Below the pieces are notes generated by a model. The model was not told the DNA's origin. It saw nothing but the letters and a program-made list of their open reading frames with translations, and searched no databases. 64,000 nt of DNA from Nitrospirota bacterium (GTDB lineage Bacteria; Nitrospirota; UBA9217), in contig CAWFSF010000006.1 in assembly GCA_963818475.1 (NCBI GenBank), forward strand, positions 1,472,001-1,536,000, given 5' to 3'. This document shows positions 45,212 through 57,692 of this stretch, in pieces. Within the stretch, counting starts at the first letter, position 1; every line of letters begins with the position of its first letter. Made by a program: the position numbers and the translations under genes.

Positions 45212-45241
45212 TTGACAACTCACCGCCATTATCTGTATTAT
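45212..45241 (+). promoter_or_regulatory. nadA promoter
   Basis: TTGACA-18-TATTAT with TG extension. Confidence 0.6.
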
Positions 45242-45251
45242 CACTCTACCT

Positions 45252-46250
45252 ATGACTTCCGAAAAGATTGACATCGCGTCCCTCCGAGATAAGATCCAGA
45301 AGCTGAAAAAAGATCTGAACGCCATCATCCTGGCGCACAATTACCAGCGTCCCGAGGTACAGGACATTGCGGACATCACCGGAGACTCGCTCGAACTGTC
45401 CCGCGCAGCGGCAAAGACCGACTACCGCGTCATCGTCTTCTGCGGCGTCCATTTCATGGCCGAAAGCGCCTCGATCCTGTCGCCGGACAAGACCGTGCTT
45501 CTGCCGGAGATCACCGCCGGCTGCCCCATGGCCGATATGGTCACGGTCAAAGGCCCGCGCAAGACACGGCGCGAGTTCTACACAGACAAGCTCGGCATAG
45601 CCTTTGAATTCGCCGACGAGTTCACGCTCCTGGACATGAAAAAGAAATATCCCGGCGTGCCGGTCGTGGCCTATGTGAACACCTCGGCCGCGGTCAAGGC
45701 CGAAAGCGACATCTGCTGCACATCGTCAAACGTGGTCAAGGTCGTGGAATCCCTCAAGGAAGACACTGTCATCTGCATCCCGGACCGGAATTTGTCCGCC
45801 TATGCCGCAAAAAGAACAAAAAAGAAGATCATCTCCTGGGACGGGTTCTGCAACGTCCACCAGGGGCACCTTGACATCGAGGACGTGAACAGGGCGCGGG
45901 CGGCCCACCCCGATGCCGTGCTCGTGGTCCACCCGGAATGCCCTCCCGCGATCCAGGACATGGCCGACCAGATCGCAAGCACCTCGGGCATGCTCCGGTT
46001 CTGCAAAGAGTCGAACCACAAGGAATTCATCATCGGCACCGAGGAAGGCCTGCTTCACCGCCTCAGGAAAGAAAGTCCGGACAAGAAGTTCTATATCGTC
46101 TCGAACGAGATGGTATGCCCCAACATGAAGCGGACCAGGCTCGAGAGCGTTCTCACCGCAATGGAAAAGATGCAGTACGTGATCAAGGTGCCCGAGGATA
46201 TCCGCATTCCGGCAAAACGGGCGCTGGACCGGATGCTGGAAATACCATAA
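45252..46250 (+). CDS. nadA: quinolinate synthase
   Basis: [43 protein letters not shown]. Confidence 0.95.
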   Translation: MTSEKIDIASLRDKIQKLKKDLNAIILAHNYQRPEVQDIADITGDSLELSRAAAKTDYRVIVFCGVHFMAESASILSPDKTVLLPEITAGCPMADMVTVKGPRKTRREFYTDKLGIAFEFADEFTLLDMKKKYPGVPVVAYVNTSAAVKAESDICCTSSNVVKVVESLKEDTVICIPDRNLSAYAAKRTKKKIISWDGFCNVHQGHLDIEDVNRARAAHPDAVLVVHPECPPAIQDMADQIASTSGMLRFCKESNHKEFIIGTEEGLLHRLRKESPDKKFYIVSNEMVCPNMKRTRLESVLTAMEKMQYVIKVPEDIRIPAKRALDRMLEIP

Positions 46251-46598
46251 CAATGACAGTTTAGTGCTCTTCGTTCTCTGTGTTCTGTGTGAAAACATTG
46301 ATTCAGCCATCATATCAGCTGGTTCTGGATAAGAACTGTGATCTCCTGCCGCATAAATACAGATCGGCTGCGATAAGCATTTGAATGGTCACTTAAAAAC
46401 CCACTTCTCTGTTACCTACTGTGTAATAGTCAAATAATATATTCTATCGGGAAATCCCTCATTTTGGTCTTCGAAAAACCTGAGCCCAACTGCAATTCCT
46501 ATCTGCTATTTCACTCCCACTCAGTGAGCCACAATAATTCCATTAAATCCAACAACATACCAGCGTTACTCAATTTTTAATATTCCGCCATATAGTAT

Positions 46599-46667
46599 CT
46601 TTATACAATTTTAATGTAATTTCCGTCAATTTTAACAGCAATTTTATTATCGCCTGTGCTATACCTG
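46599..46667 (+). promoter_or_regulatory. putative KdpE direct repeats and -10 of kdp operon
   Basis: CTTTATACAATTTTAATG...TTTTAACAGCAATTTTATT then TGCTATACCT; same pattern at 52030-52100. Confidence 0.55.
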
Positions 46668-46689
46668 TCTTATATGAAGGAGGCGCGCG

Positions 46690-46770
46690 ATGGATATAAT
46701 TTATCTCTGCATAACTATAGCGTTGTTCGCAATAAGTTGGTTTTTTCGTAAAACTTATTGAGCGAGTATA
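46690..46770 (+). CDS. small hydrophobic peptide upstream of kdpF (likely one extra T in a T run)
   Basis: AGGAGG RBS; MDIIYLCITIALFAISWF(FVKLIERV*). Confidence 0.6.
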
Positions 46771-46785
46771 GGAAGGAGAAAGGGA

Positions 46786-46878
46786 ATGGAGCTTTTTTAC
46801 TGGATTGGCGGCGCTCTCGCCGCAGTGCTGCTGGTGTACCTGTTGATAGCACTTCTTAAACCGGAGGCCCTCTCATGA
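46786..46878 (+). CDS. kdpF: K+-transporting ATPase subunit F
   Basis: MELFYWIGGALAAVLLVYLLIALLKPEALS*, ATGA overlap with kdpA. Confidence 0.85.
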   Translation: MELFYWIGGALAAVLLVYLLIALLKPEALS

Positions 46879-48677
46879 CGGGCAACGGTATTTTTCAGAT
46901 AGTTATATTTTTTGGCGCTCTGTTGTTGCTCGCAAAACCGCTGGGGGTCTACATGGCGCGGGTTTACGAAGGGAATCCAGCGGGCCTGGACCGCGTTCTT
47001 CGGCCTGTCGAGCGGTTCTTCTACCGGGTTTGCGGAATCAATCCCGACGAGGAAATGGGTTGGAAAAAGTACGCTGTCGCGGTGCTTCTTTTCAGCACAA
47101 TGGGATTGTTTTTCCTTTACGCCCTGCAGCGCTTACAGGGTTTTCTGCCGCTTAACCCGCAGAAGTTACCCGCAGTCTCCCCTGATTCTTCGTTTAATAC
47201 GGCTGTCAGTTTTATCACGAACACCAACTGGCAGGGGTACGGCGGCGAAACAACGATGAGCTACCTCACCCAGATGGCCGGGCTTGGAGTGCAGAATTTT
47301 GTATCAGCCTCGGCAGGTATGGCCGTGCTCGTTGCCCTGATACGCGGGTTTGCCAGGCACTCGGCAGAGACCATCGGGAACTTCTGGGTCGATCTCACCC
47401 GCTCCACGCTTTACATCCTGATGCCGCTTGCGCTGGTTTATTCACTGCTGCTCGTATCTCAGGGAGTTGTTCAGACCTTCAGCGAATATAAGACGGTGCA
47501 GCTCACCCAGGCCATCACCTACGATGCCCCGAAGCTTGATGCTCAGGACAACCCGGTCAAGGATGAAAAGGGCAATCCCGTGACCGGGAAAGTGCAAGTG
47601 AAAGAACAAACCATACCGCTCGGTCCGGCTGCATCGCAGATTGCGATCAAGCAGCTCGGCACGAACGGCGGCGGGTTCTTTAACGCTAACTCGGCCCATC
47701 CTTTGGAAAACCCGACGGCATTCTCCAGTTTTCTCGAAATGCTGGCGATCCTCCTGATTCCGGCCGCGCTCTGCATCACCTTCGGCAAGATGGTAGGAGA
47801 CATGCGGCAGGGGTGGGCGCTGCTTTCCGCCATGGTTCTGGTCCTTCTTACGCTGACGGCTCTCTGCACCTGGAGTGAGCAGGCCGACAATCCGAAATTA
47901 GCGTTCCTGGGCGTTGATCAGGCTGCAAGCGATCAACAGCCGGGCGGAAACATGGAAGGAAAAGAAGCCCGCTTCGGGATCGTGAACTCCGCGATCTGGG
48001 CCACGGCGACTACAGCAGCCTCGAACGGGTCGGTCAATTCCATGCACGACTCTTATACACCCATGGGTGGACTGTACCCGCTGGCGCTGATCCAGCTGGG
48101 AGAAGTCATTTTCGGAGGTGTCGGTTCTGGTCTTTACGGCATGCTGATCATGGCCATTATCACGGTTTTCATAGCAGGTCTCATGGTCGGACGCACGCCG
48201 GAATATCTGGGCAAAAAGATCGAGATGTTCGAGATGAAGATGGCCGTGCTTGTGATCCTGATCGTGAACGCCTTGGTAAAAATCGGCACGGCTGTCGGCG
48301 TTGCGACTGCAGCGGGAGTAGCGGGAGTAGCGAACCCTGGTCCGCATGGATTTTCCGAGATCCTCTACGCGTTCTCATCCGCGGCGAACAACAACGGCAG
48401 CGCCTTTGCGGGTTTAAGCGCCAATACGGTCTTTTATAACACGACCCTCGGCATCTCCATGTTCATCGGCCGGTTCTGGGTGATTATCCCGGTGCTGGCT
48501 ATTGCGGGTTCTTTGGCAAAGAAGAAGCAGGTGCCCGCAAGTCTGGGAACGCTGCCGACCCATACGCCTTTGTTCGTGGCGCTATTGATCGGGGTCATAT
48601 TGATCGTCGGAGCGTTGACGTTCATGCCGGCCTGGGCGCTCGGGCCGATTGCCGAACAGCTGATGGCGGTAAGATAA
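46875..48677 (+). CDS. kdpA: K+-transporting ATPase subunit A
   Basis: TNTNWQGYGGE, LGTNGGG, SNGSVNSMHDS, NNGSAFAG. Confidence 0.97.
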   Translation: MTGNGIFQIVIFFGALLLLAKPLGVYMARVYEGNPAGLDRVLRPVERFFYRVCGINPDEEMGWKKYAVAVLLFSTMGLFFLYALQRLQGFLPLNPQKLPAVSPDSSFNTAVSFITNTNWQGYGGETTMSYLTQMAGLGVQNFVSASAGMAVLVALIRGFARHSAETIGNFWVDLTRSTLYILMPLALVYSLLLVSQGVVQTFSEYKTVQLTQAITYDAPKLDAQDNPVKDEKGNPVTGKVQVKEQTIPLGPAASQIAIKQLGTNGGGFFNANSAHPLENPTAFSSFLEMLAILLIPAALCITFGKMVGDMRQGWALLSAMVLVLLTLTALCTWSEQADNPKLAFLGVDQAASDQQPGGNMEGKEARFGIVNSAIWATATTAASNGSVNSMHDSYTPMGGLYPLALIQLGEVIFGGVGSGLYGMLIMAIITVFIAGLMVGRTPEYLGKKIEMFEMKMAVLVILIVNALVKIGTAVGVATAAGVAGVANPGPHGFSEILYAFSSAANNNGSAFAGLSANTVFYNTTLGISMFIGRFWVIIPVLAIAGSLAKKKQVPASLGTLPTHTPLFVALLIGVILIVGALTFMPAWALGPIAEQLMAVR

Positions 48678-48825
48678 GGCAAGCGCCAAATGACAAGCAT
48701 AAATCACAAATAAGCTCCAGGCATCAAATTCGAAAATTTTAAATCGTTTCGGTCGTGGCCGTTTTGAATTTGGCATTTATTTGGAATGTGTGATTTGAGA
48801 TTTGGTCCATTTAAAGGAGTCTCCT

Positions 48826-50901
48826 ATGAGCAGTAAATCGAAAAAGCGATCGCTCTTTGAACCGGCGATCGCAAAAAAAGCATGCTGGGATTCGTTCAGA
48901 AAATTGAATCCAGTACACCAGATCAAGAACCCGGTCATGTTCGTCGTGGAAATCGGCAGTGTTTTGACATCGCTCCTGTTTTTCCACGCAATCCTGACTG
49001 GAAACGGCGAGGCCTCGCCGTCCTTCATTCTTCAGATATCCGTCTGGCTCTGGATTACCGTGCTTTTCGCCAATTTCGCGGAATCCATGGCAGAGGGGCG
49101 CGGCAAGGCCCAGGCCGAATCCCTCCGCCAAACGCGGCGCGAGGTCAATGCCAAGAAGCTTGCAAATCCGTCGCCTGATGGTTCGGTCACGATGATCGCT
49201 TCGTCACAGCTCAAAAAAGGCGATGTTGTGCTCGTGGAGGCGGGCGACATCATTCCGATGGACGGAGAAGTCATCGAAGGCGTGGCCTCGGTTAATGAAA
49301 GCGCAGTGACCGGAGAAAGCGCGCCGGTAATTCGCGAAAGCGGCGGAGACCGGAGCGCGGTCACGGGCGGGACTACCGTTTTGTCCGACTGGCTCGTGGT
49401 GCGGATCACGACAAGTCCCGGAGAAACGTTTCTCGATCGCATGATCAGCATGGTGGAAGGCGCAAAACGACAGAAGACGCCGAACGAGATCGCACTCGAT
49501 ATTCTGCTCGCGGGTATGACGATCATCTTCCTGCTTGTATGCGTGACGCTGCTTCCCTATTCCCTATTCAGCGTCAAGGCTGCGGGCCAGGGCGCGCCGG
49601 TCACCATCACCGTGCTCGTGGCGCTCCTGGTATGCCTCATCCCGACCACGATCGGCGGTCTGCTCTCGGCCATCGGCATTGCGGGCATGGACCGGATGAT
49701 CCAGGCGAATGTGATCGCCATGTCGGGCCGGGCCGTGGAAGCAGCCGGAGACGTTGATGTGCTGCTCCTGGATAAGACCGGGACGATCACCCTCGGCAAC
49801 CGGCAGGCCACGGAGTTCGTTCCCGCTCCCGGTGTACACGTGGGCGCCCTTGCCGACGCGGCCCAGCTCGCCTCATTAGCGGATGAGACTCCTGAAGGAA
49901 GAAGCATCGTCGTCCTTGCAAAGGAGAAATATGATCTCCGGGCGCGAGATATTCACAGTATCGGCGCACAGTTTGTCCCTTTTACTGCCCAGACCCGCAT
50001 GAGCGGGGTAAACCTCGAGAATCGTGAGATCCGTAAAGGCGCGGCAGACGCAGTTGAAAAGTACGTCCAAACAAGGGGCGGGACATTCCCACCCGATGTT
50101 CGATCGATCGTGGACGATATTGCAAAAAAAGGCGCTACGCCGCTCGTGGTTGCCGAGGGAAGCAAAGTGCTCGGCATCATCCGGTTGAACGATATCGTGA
50201 AAGGCGGGATCAAGGAACGGTTCGCCGAGATGCGGAAGATGGGGATCAAGACAATCATGATCACCGGCGACAATCCCCTGACCGCTGCCGCGGTTGCGGC
50301 GGAAGCAGGGGTCGATGATTTTCTGGCCGAGGCGACGCCCGAAGCAAAGCTTAAGCTCATCCGCGAGTACCAGAAAGGCGGCAGGCTCGTTGCCATGACC
50401 GGCGACGGCACGAACGACGCGCCCGCGCTCGCCCAGGCGGACGTGGCAGTGGCCATGAACTCAGGCACGCAGGCTGCCAAAGAAGCAGGCAATCTCGTGG
50501 ACCTTGATTCGAATCCGACCAAGCTCATCCAGATCGTCGAGATCGGCAAGCAGCTTCTGATGACCCGCGGCACGCTTACGACCTTCAGCATCGCGAACGA
50601 CGTGGCGAAATATTTCGCCATACTGCCAGCCGCGTTTCTTTCAATCTATCCGGCGCTCGGAGCGCTTAATATCATGGGTCTGGCCTCGCCGGAAAGCGCG
50701 GTCCTGTCGGCGGTGATCTTTAACGCGCTGATCATCATTTTCCTCGTGCCCCTGGCGCTGCGCGGCGTGAAATACCGTCCCCTCGGCGCCTCAATAGTTT
50801 TACGAAACAATGCCTTGATTTACGGCGGTGGCGGGCTGATCGTGCCGTTTATCGGCATCAAGCTGATTGATATGCTTATAACGGCGATACATATTGTTTG
50901 A
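48826..50901 (+). CDS. kdpB: K+-transporting ATPase subunit B
   Basis: TGES, CLIPTT, DKTGTIT, KGA, GDGTND. Confidence 0.97.
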   Translation: MSSKSKKRSLFEPAIAKKACWDSFRKLNPVHQIKNPVMFVVEIGSVLTSLLFFHAILTGNGEASPSFILQISVWLWITVLFANFAESMAEGRGKAQAESLRQTRREVNAKKLANPSPDGSVTMIASSQLKKGDVVLVEAGDIIPMDGEVIEGVASVNESAVTGESAPVIRESGGDRSAVTGGTTVLSDWLVVRITTSPGETFLDRMISMVEGAKRQKTPNEIALDILLAGMTIIFLLVCVTLLPYSLFSVKAAGQGAPVTITVLVALLVCLIPTTIGGLLSAIGIAGMDRMIQANVIAMSGRAVEAAGDVDVLLLDKTGTITLGNRQATEFVPAPGVHVGALADAAQLASLADETPEGRSIVVLAKEKYDLRARDIHSIGAQFVPFTAQTRMSGVNLENREIRKGAADAVEKYVQTRGGTFPPDVRSIVDDIAKKGATPLVVAEGSKVLGIIRLNDIVKGGIKERFAEMRKMGIKTIMITGDNPLTAAAVAAEAGVDDFLAEATPEAKLKLIREYQKGGRLVAMTGDGTNDAPALAQADVAVAMNSGTQAAKEAGNLVDLDSNPTKLIQIVEIGKQLLMTRGTLTTFSIANDVAKYFAILPAAFLSIYPALGALNIMGLASPESAVLSAVIFNALIIIFLVPLALRGVKYRPLGASIVLRNNALIYGGGGLIVPFIGIKLIDMLITAIHIV

Positions 50902-50909
50902 AGTCCATG

Positions 50910-50957
50910 CCCTCACCTCAATCCTCTCCCCAACGGGGAGAGGGCCAGGGTGAGGGG
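50910..50957. repeat. CCCTCACC/GGGGAGAGGG palindromic element, copy 2, between kdpB and kdpC
   Basis: CCCTCACCTCAATCCTCTCCCCAACGGGGAGAGGGCCAGGGTGAGGGG. Confidence 0.75.
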
Positions 50958-50983
50958 TGGTATCATACTGAAAGGAGAATCTC

Positions 50984-51556
50984 ATGTTCACCATGATTCG
51001 TAACTCGCTCATGTCCCTGTTGCTGTTCACCATACTCACGGGACTCATTTACCCCCTGGCCGTGACCGGGCTTGCGCAAGCGATTTTCCCAAGCCAGGCA
51101 AACGGCAGCATCATCACGAAGAACGGCAAAGCCGTCGGATCGAAGCTGATCGGCCAGCAGTTCGAGGACCCGAAGTACTTCTGGGGAAGGCTCTCGGCAA
51201 CGGGACCCTATCCCTATAATGGCGGTGCTTCGTCCGGATCGAATCTCGGCCAGAACAATCCAGCCCTCATGACGAATGTGCAAGCGCGGATCAAAGCCCT
51301 GCATGCAGCCGATCCGGGCAATGAGGCGAAGATTCCCGTGGATCTGGTCACGGCCTCGGGCAGCGGTCTCGACCCGCACATCAGCCAGGCCGCGGCGGAG
51401 TATCAGGTAAATCGGGTGGCAAAGACCCGGGGTCTCGATCAAACCAGCGTCCGCGCCTTGATCGCAAAGCATACACAGGGACGCTGGCTCGGCGTGATCG
51501 GCGAGCCGGTGGTCAATGTTCTTGAGCTGAACCTGGCGCTCGATGGTCGGCAGTAA
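50984..51556 (+). CDS. kdpC: K+-transporting ATPase subunit C
   Basis: [43 protein letters not shown]. Confidence 0.97.
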   Translation: MFTMIRNSLMSLLLFTILTGLIYPLAVTGLAQAIFPSQANGSIITKNGKAVGSKLIGQQFEDPKYFWGRLSATGPYPYNGGASSGSNLGQNNPALMTNVQARIKALHAADPGNEAKIPVDLVTASGSGLDPHISQAAAEYQVNRVAKTRGLDQTSVRALIAKHTQGRWLGVIGEPVVNVLELNLALDGRQ

Positions 51557-51569
51557 CAGAGGAGGAAAA

Positions 51570-51962
51570 ATGAAAAAGCACGTATGGATTCTTACGGTCA
51601 TGATGCTCATATCAGCCATAGGTTTCCCATTGCTCGCAGAGGCTGTTTCTTTTTCCCCTGTTCCAGCGGAACATGAAGAGAAAGTGACCAGGGGGATCAT
51701 TGAAAAGGGCGCCATGGTTTGCCTTTTCCAGAGCGGGACAGCGGACGTGAAAAAGGCGATCAGTATCGGTGACCTTCTCGTCGTATTCCGGGAAGGTCCG
51801 AAGCACGAGCTCAGGGAAGTCGGGAAGATCAAGGTGCTCTCTTATGCAGGAGAAGATTATCTGCAAGGTGAGGTTATCGAAGGCGAAATTAAAGCCGGCG
51901 ATATCGCAAAAAAAGACGAAGTTGCGAGCCTTGTGATATCGTCGGGAGAAAAATGCAAATAA
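51570..51962 (+). CDS. small exported hypothetical protein
   Basis: GAGGAGG RBS; signal peptide; VGKIKV...GEVIEGEIKAGD beta-barrel-like. Confidence 0.7.
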   Translation: MKKHVWILTVMMLISAIGFPLLAEAVSFSPVPAEHEEKVTRGIIEKGAMVCLFQSGTADVKKAISIGDLLVVFREGPKHELREVGKIKVLSYAGEDYLQGEVIEGEIKAGDIAKKDEVASLVISSGEKCK

Positions 51963-52029
51963 TTGCAGTACTTAGCCGTTTGTTGAATTCCAGAAGGTGC
52001 ACCAAGACTCACACCCGACCATGAAAAAT

Positions 52030-52100
52030 CCTTATGGAATCTTTATGCTTATCGGCACGGTTTTTAGCAGTAATTTAATGCCGCTTTTGTATACTATGAT
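52030..52100 (+). promoter_or_regulatory. second putative KdpE repeat set upstream of kdpD
   Basis: CCTTATGGAATCTTTATG...TTTTTAGCAGTAATTTAATG then TGTATACT. Confidence 0.5.
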
Positions 52101-52191
52101 AAAAAATATTCACCCGCGACTGCGAAAAATATGCGAAAATATGTATAGGTATGCTTAGGCTGCAGATCAGCAATCAGGAGTCAGCCAACAA

Positions 52192-54887
52192 ATGGAAGAA
52201 CGCAGGCCCGATCCCGATCAGCTTCTTGACAAGGTGCGCAGGGAAACCGAACGAAGCCGAGAAGGCCAGCTGAAGACTCTTCTTCGGCGCTGCACCCGGT
52301 GTGGGGAAAACCTATGCCATGCTCGAAGCGGCGCGCCAGAAGAAACGCGAGGGCGTGGAAATCGTGGTCGGCCTTGTCGAAACCCACGGCCGGGCAGAGA
52401 CCGAAGCGCTCATCGAGGGTCTGGAAGTCCTGCCCCGCAGGAACGTCGAGTATCGCGGCGCCGTGTTGAAGGAGTTCGATCTCGACAGCGCCCTTCGCCG
52501 CAAGCCCGTTATCATGCTTGTTGACGAACTAGCCCACACCAACGCCCCCGGGTCCCGCCACAAGAAACGCTGGCAGGACATCTATGAGCTGCTCGGGGCG
52601 GGCATCTCCGTGTACACCACCGTGAACGTGCAGCATCTTGAAAGCCTGAACGACGTCGTCTCCCAGATCACGGGCATCAATGTCCGGGAAACGGTGCCTG
52701 ATTTTCTTCTGGACCGGGCCGACGAGATCGAGCTCATCGACCTGCCTCCCGACGACCTGCTCCAGCGTTTGCGGGAAGGTAAAGTGTACATGCCGGAACA
52801 GGCCGCCGCGGCCATCGAGAACTTTTTCCGCAAAGGCAACCTGATCGCTCTCCGCGAGCTTGCCCTCAGGCGCACCGCCGACCGCGTTGACGAGCAGATG
52901 CAGCTCTACCGGCAGGACAAGGGAATCACGACTATCTGGCCCGCTGGAGAGCGGATAATGGTCTGCGTGGGCCACAATCCACGCTCTATCCGGCTGATCC
53001 ATGCTGCCAGGAGACTGGCCGCCGGCCTGCGAGCGGAGTGGATCGCCGTACACGTGGAAGCGCCGTCACGGGTCCGGTCCTCGGAAAGCGACATGAAGCG
53101 GCTGGGCGACCACATGCGGCTTGCGGAAAGCCTCGGCGCGGAAACCGTGGTATTAAGCGGCCAGCGGATGAGCGAAGAAGTCATAACCTACGCGCGCAGC
53201 AGGAACGTAAGCAGGATCATTATCGGCAAACCGACCCATGCCCGCTGGAAGGACAAGCTTTTTGGATCCCCTTTGGACGACATCGTGCGGTCCAGCGGTG
53301 ATATCGATGTCTATGTGATCAGCGGCGACGCCCTGGAGCCGCATCTGCACCCAGAGCCGAAAACCCGGACGCGTGTTGCGCGCAAAAGGGAATGGATATG
53401 GAGCGTCCTCGTTGTTTCTCTGTGCACGGGCGTTGCCGCGCTCATGTCCTCCTACTTCGAGTCCGTCGATCTGGTGATGGTATATCTCCTGGGTATCGTC
53501 ATCACCGCGAGCCGCACCAGTACGTGGCCGGCTTTGTTCGCCACGCTCTTCAGCATCGCGGCCTTCGATTTCTTTTTTATCCCTCCTTATAATACGTTTG
53601 CGGTGAACGACATCAGGCATGTCGTCACCTTCATCGTCATGTTCATCATTTCCGTCGTCATCAGCAGGCTTACGCTGCGGGTCCGGCAGCAGGCGGAAGC
53701 AGCGCGCATGCGCGAGCGCAGGACCGCCGCACTCTATAATTTAAGCCGCGACCTCGTCCGCGAGCGGGGAACGGAACGCTTGAGCGAACTTGCGGTAAAA
53801 CATATCGGCGAAGTATTCGACAGCCAGGTCGTGATCCTCGTCCCTGATGAGCAGAACCGTCTGGCTATCTCCGGAAGCGGCCCCTCCAGCTTTACTCCTG
53901 ATCAGCAGGAATTGAGCGTTGCGCAATGGGTTTACGAGCACCGACAGCCTGCCGGGCTGAGCACCGACACTCTGCCCGGAGCAAAAGCTCTGTACCTGCC
54001 GCTGATCGCCTCGGGCGGTCCGGTGGGAGTGGTCGGTATCGAGCCGCGAACGACCGGCGATGCCTTCGAGCCGGAGCAACTGCACTATCTCGAAGGTTTT
54101 GCGAACCAGGCCGCAATCGCACTAGAACGCTCTTTTCTCGCGGCGGCCACGCAAAACGCGCTGCTTAAAAGCGGAAACTGAAAGTCTTCGCAATACGCTT
54201 CTCAGTTCTATTTCACACGATCTCCGCACGCCTCTGTCGGCGATCACCGGCGCCGCAACGACCCTGCTGCAGAATGACATCGCGCTCGACAGGCAGAACC
54301 GCCTGGAACTTTTGCAGACCATCCAGGAAGAGGCCGATCATTTAAACCGGATCATGAAGAACGTACTCGACATGACACGCCTGGAATCCGGCGCCATAAC
54401 CGTGAATAAAGAATGGCAGCCCCTTGAGGAGATCGTGGGCGCGGTGCTGAACCGCCTCGGAGAGCGCCTGAACGATCACCCCGTCAAGGTAAGCCTCCAG
54501 GGAAATCTGCCGCTCATTCCCTTTGACAGCCTGCTCATCGAACAGGTCTTCATGAATTTGTTCGACAACGCCATAAAATATTCCCCCAGGGGAACGCCGC
54601 TGGAGCTGTCGGCATCGGAGTCGTTCTATACCGTGACGGTAGAACTTGCGGACCGCGGTCCCGGCATAGTGCAGGGCGACGAGGAACGCATCTTCGAAAA
54701 ATTCGTGCGCGGCCGCGGCGCGGGTGGCGGCGTGGGACTGGGACTTGCTATTTGCCGCACCATCATCAACGCTCACGGCGGTAAAATATGGGCGGAGAAC
54801 CGCGAAGGCGGCGGTGCGGTGTTTCGTTTCACTCTGTCCGCAGCAGGACTGCCTCCGGCACCGAAAAGGGAAGAGGAAGATGCGTGA
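52192..54887 (+). CDS. kdpD: sensor histidine kinase KdpD; frameshifts near 52280 and 54170
   Basis: RPDPD.LL, GKTYAML, VDELAHTN, TTVNVQHLESLND, four TMs, SHDLRTPL, GLGLAIC. Confidence 0.95.
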
Positions 54888-54970
54888 ATGTGTTTATGCG
54901 TCAAGGAGAATTGCCCTATCCGCATACACGCTTCCCCGCCTCAACACATATTCGCCACTGAGATTTGAAC

Positions 54971-55678
54971 ATGACTGACGATAAAGAACTCATACTCCTG
55001 ATCGAAGACGAGCCGCAGATGCGGCGGTTCCTGCGGATCACGCTCCAAAGCAAGGGATACCGGCTGGTCGAGACGGAAACCGGAAACGACGGCCTGATCC
55101 AGGCCGCGTCGCGCAACCCCGATGTCGTGCTCCTCGATCTGGGTCTGCCTGACATGGATGGACTCGAGGTGACCACGCGACTACGCGAGTGGACTCAAAC
55201 GCCGATCATCATCATCTCGGCGCGGGAACAGGAGCAGGACAAGGTAAAGGCGCTTGATGCGGGCGCCGACGATTATCTGACCAAACCGTTCAACGCCGGT
55301 GAACTTCTTGCCCGGATCCGCGTGGCTCTGCGTCACGCTCTCCGGCAGCGATCGGGTCGGCAGGAGCCGGTCTTCTCGCTGTACAACCTGCGCGTCGATC
55401 TCGCCCAGCGGCAGGTCTTTCTCGACGACAGCGAGGTCCATCTCACTCCCATCGAGTACAAGCTGCTCGCGACCCTGATCCGTCATGCGGGGAAAGTGAT
55501 TACCCACCGGCAACTCTTGACCGAAGTATGGGGTGCCGCGCATGTGAATGAGGTCCAGTATCTGCGCGTGTACATGACGCAGCTCAGGCATAAACTGGAG
55601 GTCGATCCCGCCCGCCCCCGGTTTCTCATGAACGAGCCGGGCATAGGATACCGCCTGAAATACGATACGGAAGGATGA
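54971..55678 (+). CDS. kdpE: response regulator KdpE
   Basis: LDLGLPDMDG, ALDAGADDYLTKPF, YLRVYM.QLR.KLE.DP.RP. Confidence 0.95.
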   Translation: MTDDKELILLIEDEPQMRRFLRITLQSKGYRLVETETGNDGLIQAASRNPDVVLLDLGLPDMDGLEVTTRLREWTQTPIIIISAREQEQDKVKALDAGADDYLTKPFNAGELLARIRVALRHALRQRSGRQEPVFSLYNLRVDLAQRQVFLDDSEVHLTPIEYKLLATLIRHAGKVITHRQLLTEVWGAAHVNEVQYLRVYMTQLRHKLEVDPARPRFLMNEPGIGYRLKYDTEG

Positions 55679-55691
55679 GGAAAACCATTTA

Positions 55692-57692
55692 ATGAAACCG
55701 GAGCAGAAACCAACAGGCATCCAGCGCCTCAAGACCCTGATCATCGGCGGCAAGCATAACATCGAAGATACGTCTATTTTCCACAAGCTCGCCTTGATCG
55801 CGTTCTTTGCCTGGGTCGGTCTCGGAGCGGACGGGCTCTCGTCGTCGTGCTACGGTCCGGAAGAAGCGTTTCTCGCATTCAAGGGCCACGTCTATCTCAG
55901 CGTCTTTGTCGCGCTCATGTCCGGCATCACGGTCTTCATCATCGCGGCGAGTTATTCGCAGATCATCGAGCTTTTCCCCACGGGAGGCGGCGGTTATCTC
56001 GTTGCGAGCAAACTGCTCTCGCCGACCGTCGGCATGATCTCCGGTTCCGCGCTCCTGATCGACTACGTGCTCACGATCACGATCTCCGTGGCGAGCGGCG
56101 CGGACGCCCTGTTCAGCTTTCTTCCCCCCGCCTGGCTGCCGTACAAGCTCACGTTCGCGCTCCTCGGCGTCCTGGCGCTCACGGTCATGAACATGCGCGG
56201 GGTGAAGGAATCGGTCCTGCCCCTCGTGCCCATCTTTCTGACCTTCGTCATAACCCATGCGTTCATCATCGGGTATGCCGTGATCATGAACCTGGGAAAC
56301 CTGGGCGCCGTCGCGTCCGCGACCAGGGCCGACGTGATCCAGACGCAGGCGGAGCTGGGCATCGGCGGGATGCTTTTGCTCATCCTGCGCGCCTACAGCA
56401 TGGGCGCGGGCACCTATACGGGCATCGAGGCGGTGAGCAATGGGCTTCCCATCCTGCGGGAGCCGAAGGTCCGGACCGGCAAGCGCACCATGCGCTACAT
56501 GGCGATATCGCTCGCCATCACCGTCATGGGCCTGATGATCGCCTATCTTCTGTATCGTGTCGTGCCGCAGAGCGGGAAAACGCTGAATGCGGTTCTGTTC
56601 GAGACCATGACGCAGGGACTGGGGCAGATCAGGCACGGTGTTTGTTCTCATTACGCTGCTCTCGGAAGCGGCGCTCCTGTTCATCGCGGCCCAGGCGGGC
56701 TTTCTGGACGGGCCGCGTGTGCTTTCGAACATGGCGCTCGACCGCTGGTTCCCGACCAAGTTCGCCATGCTCTCCGACCGCCTCGTGACCCAGAAAGGCA
56801 TCCTGCTCATGGGCGGCGCGGCGCTCGTCACCATGGTGCTGACCAACGGCTCGGTGAAATATCTCGTCGTCCTTTACAGCATCAACGTGTTCATCACCTT
56901 CTTTCTGTCCCAGCTCGGCATGGTGCGCCACTGGTGGCAGGTCCGCGGCAAGGAGGACCATTGGGAAAAGAAGCTCTTCATCAACGGCGTGGGCATGCGC
57001 TGACCTCGTTCATTCTCGTGTCCGTGATCGTGCTCAAGTTCTACGACGGCGGCTGGATCACGCTCATCCTCACGGGCTCGTTGATCGCGATCGCGCTCCT
57101 CACGAAGCGCCACTACCGGAACACCCATAAGCTTCTGCACCGGCTCGATGAACTGGTGAATGTTGCCGAGTCTTCCTGTCCATCACTGCCCATTGCAGCG
57201 GGAACAGAAAAGGAACTGAAGATCAAATACGATCCCCAGGACAAGACCGCGGTCCTGCTCGTGAACGGGTTCAACGGGCTCGGACTCCACACGCTTTTCA
57301 GCATCATCCGGCTGTTCGGCGGTACATTCAAGAATTTCGTGTTCATCCAGGTCGGCATCGTGGACGCCGGGAACTTCAAGGGTGCGGAAGAGGTTACCCG
57401 TATGAGGACCGATGTCAAGAAGGAGCTGGACCGCTACGTCAATTACATGCGGTGCCATGGCTATTATGCCGCAGCCTATTCGGCGTTCGGCACGGACGTG
57501 GTCGACGAGATCGCGCGCGTCACCCCCGAGATTCTGGAGCGCTTCCCGAACGCGATCCTCTTCGGAGGACAACTGGTGTTCCCGAAGACCACGTTCCTGT
57601 CCGGAGTGTTCCACAATTACACAATTTTCGCAGTTCAAAGGCGATTCTACAGCGAGGGAATTCCCGTTGTGATTCTGCCGATTCGTGTTTAG
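55692..57692 (+). CDS. APC-family permease, KimA/YdaO-like K+ transporter; frameshifts near 56630 and 57000
   Basis: GADGLSSSCYGPEE, GGGGY.VA, LLIDYVLTITISVA.G, TGIEAVSNG. Confidence 0.8.
   Translation: MKPEQKPTGIQRLKTLIIGGKHNIEDTSIFHKLALIAFFAWVGLGADGLSSSCYGPEEAFLAFKGHVYLSVFVALMSGITVFIIAASYSQIIELFPTGGGGYLVASKLLSPTVGMISGSALLIDYVLTITISVASGADALFSFLPPAWLPYKLTFALLGVLALTVMNMRGVKESVLPLVPIFLTFVITHAFIIGYAVIMNLGNLGAVASATRADVIQTQAELGIGGMLLLILRAYSMGAGTYTGIEAVSNGLPILREPKVRTGKRTMRYMAISLAITVMGLMIAYLLYRVVPQSGKTLNAVLFETMTQGLGQIRHGVCSHYAALGSGAPVHRGPGGLSGRAACAFEHGARPLVPDQVRHALRPPRDPERHPAHGRRGARHHGADQRLGEISRRPLQHQRVHHLLSVPARHGAPLVAGPRQGGPLGKEALHQRRGHALTSFILVSVIVLKFYDGGWITLILTGSLIAIALLTKRHYRNTHKLLHRLDELVNVAESSCPSLPIAAGTEKELKIKYDPQDKTAVLLVNGFNGLGLHTLFSIIRLFGGTFKNFVFIQVGIVDAGNFKGAEEVTRMRTDVKKELDRYVNYMRCHGYYAAAYSAFGTDVVDEIARVTPEILERFPNAILFGGQLVFPKTTFLSGVFHNYTIFAVQRRFYSEGIPVVILPIRV

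Noticed and set aside
46320-46600. c-di-AMP (ydaO) riboswitch upstream of K+ transport genes
   Set aside because: Conserved ydaO motifs are not recognisable; KdpE-type repeats explain the region
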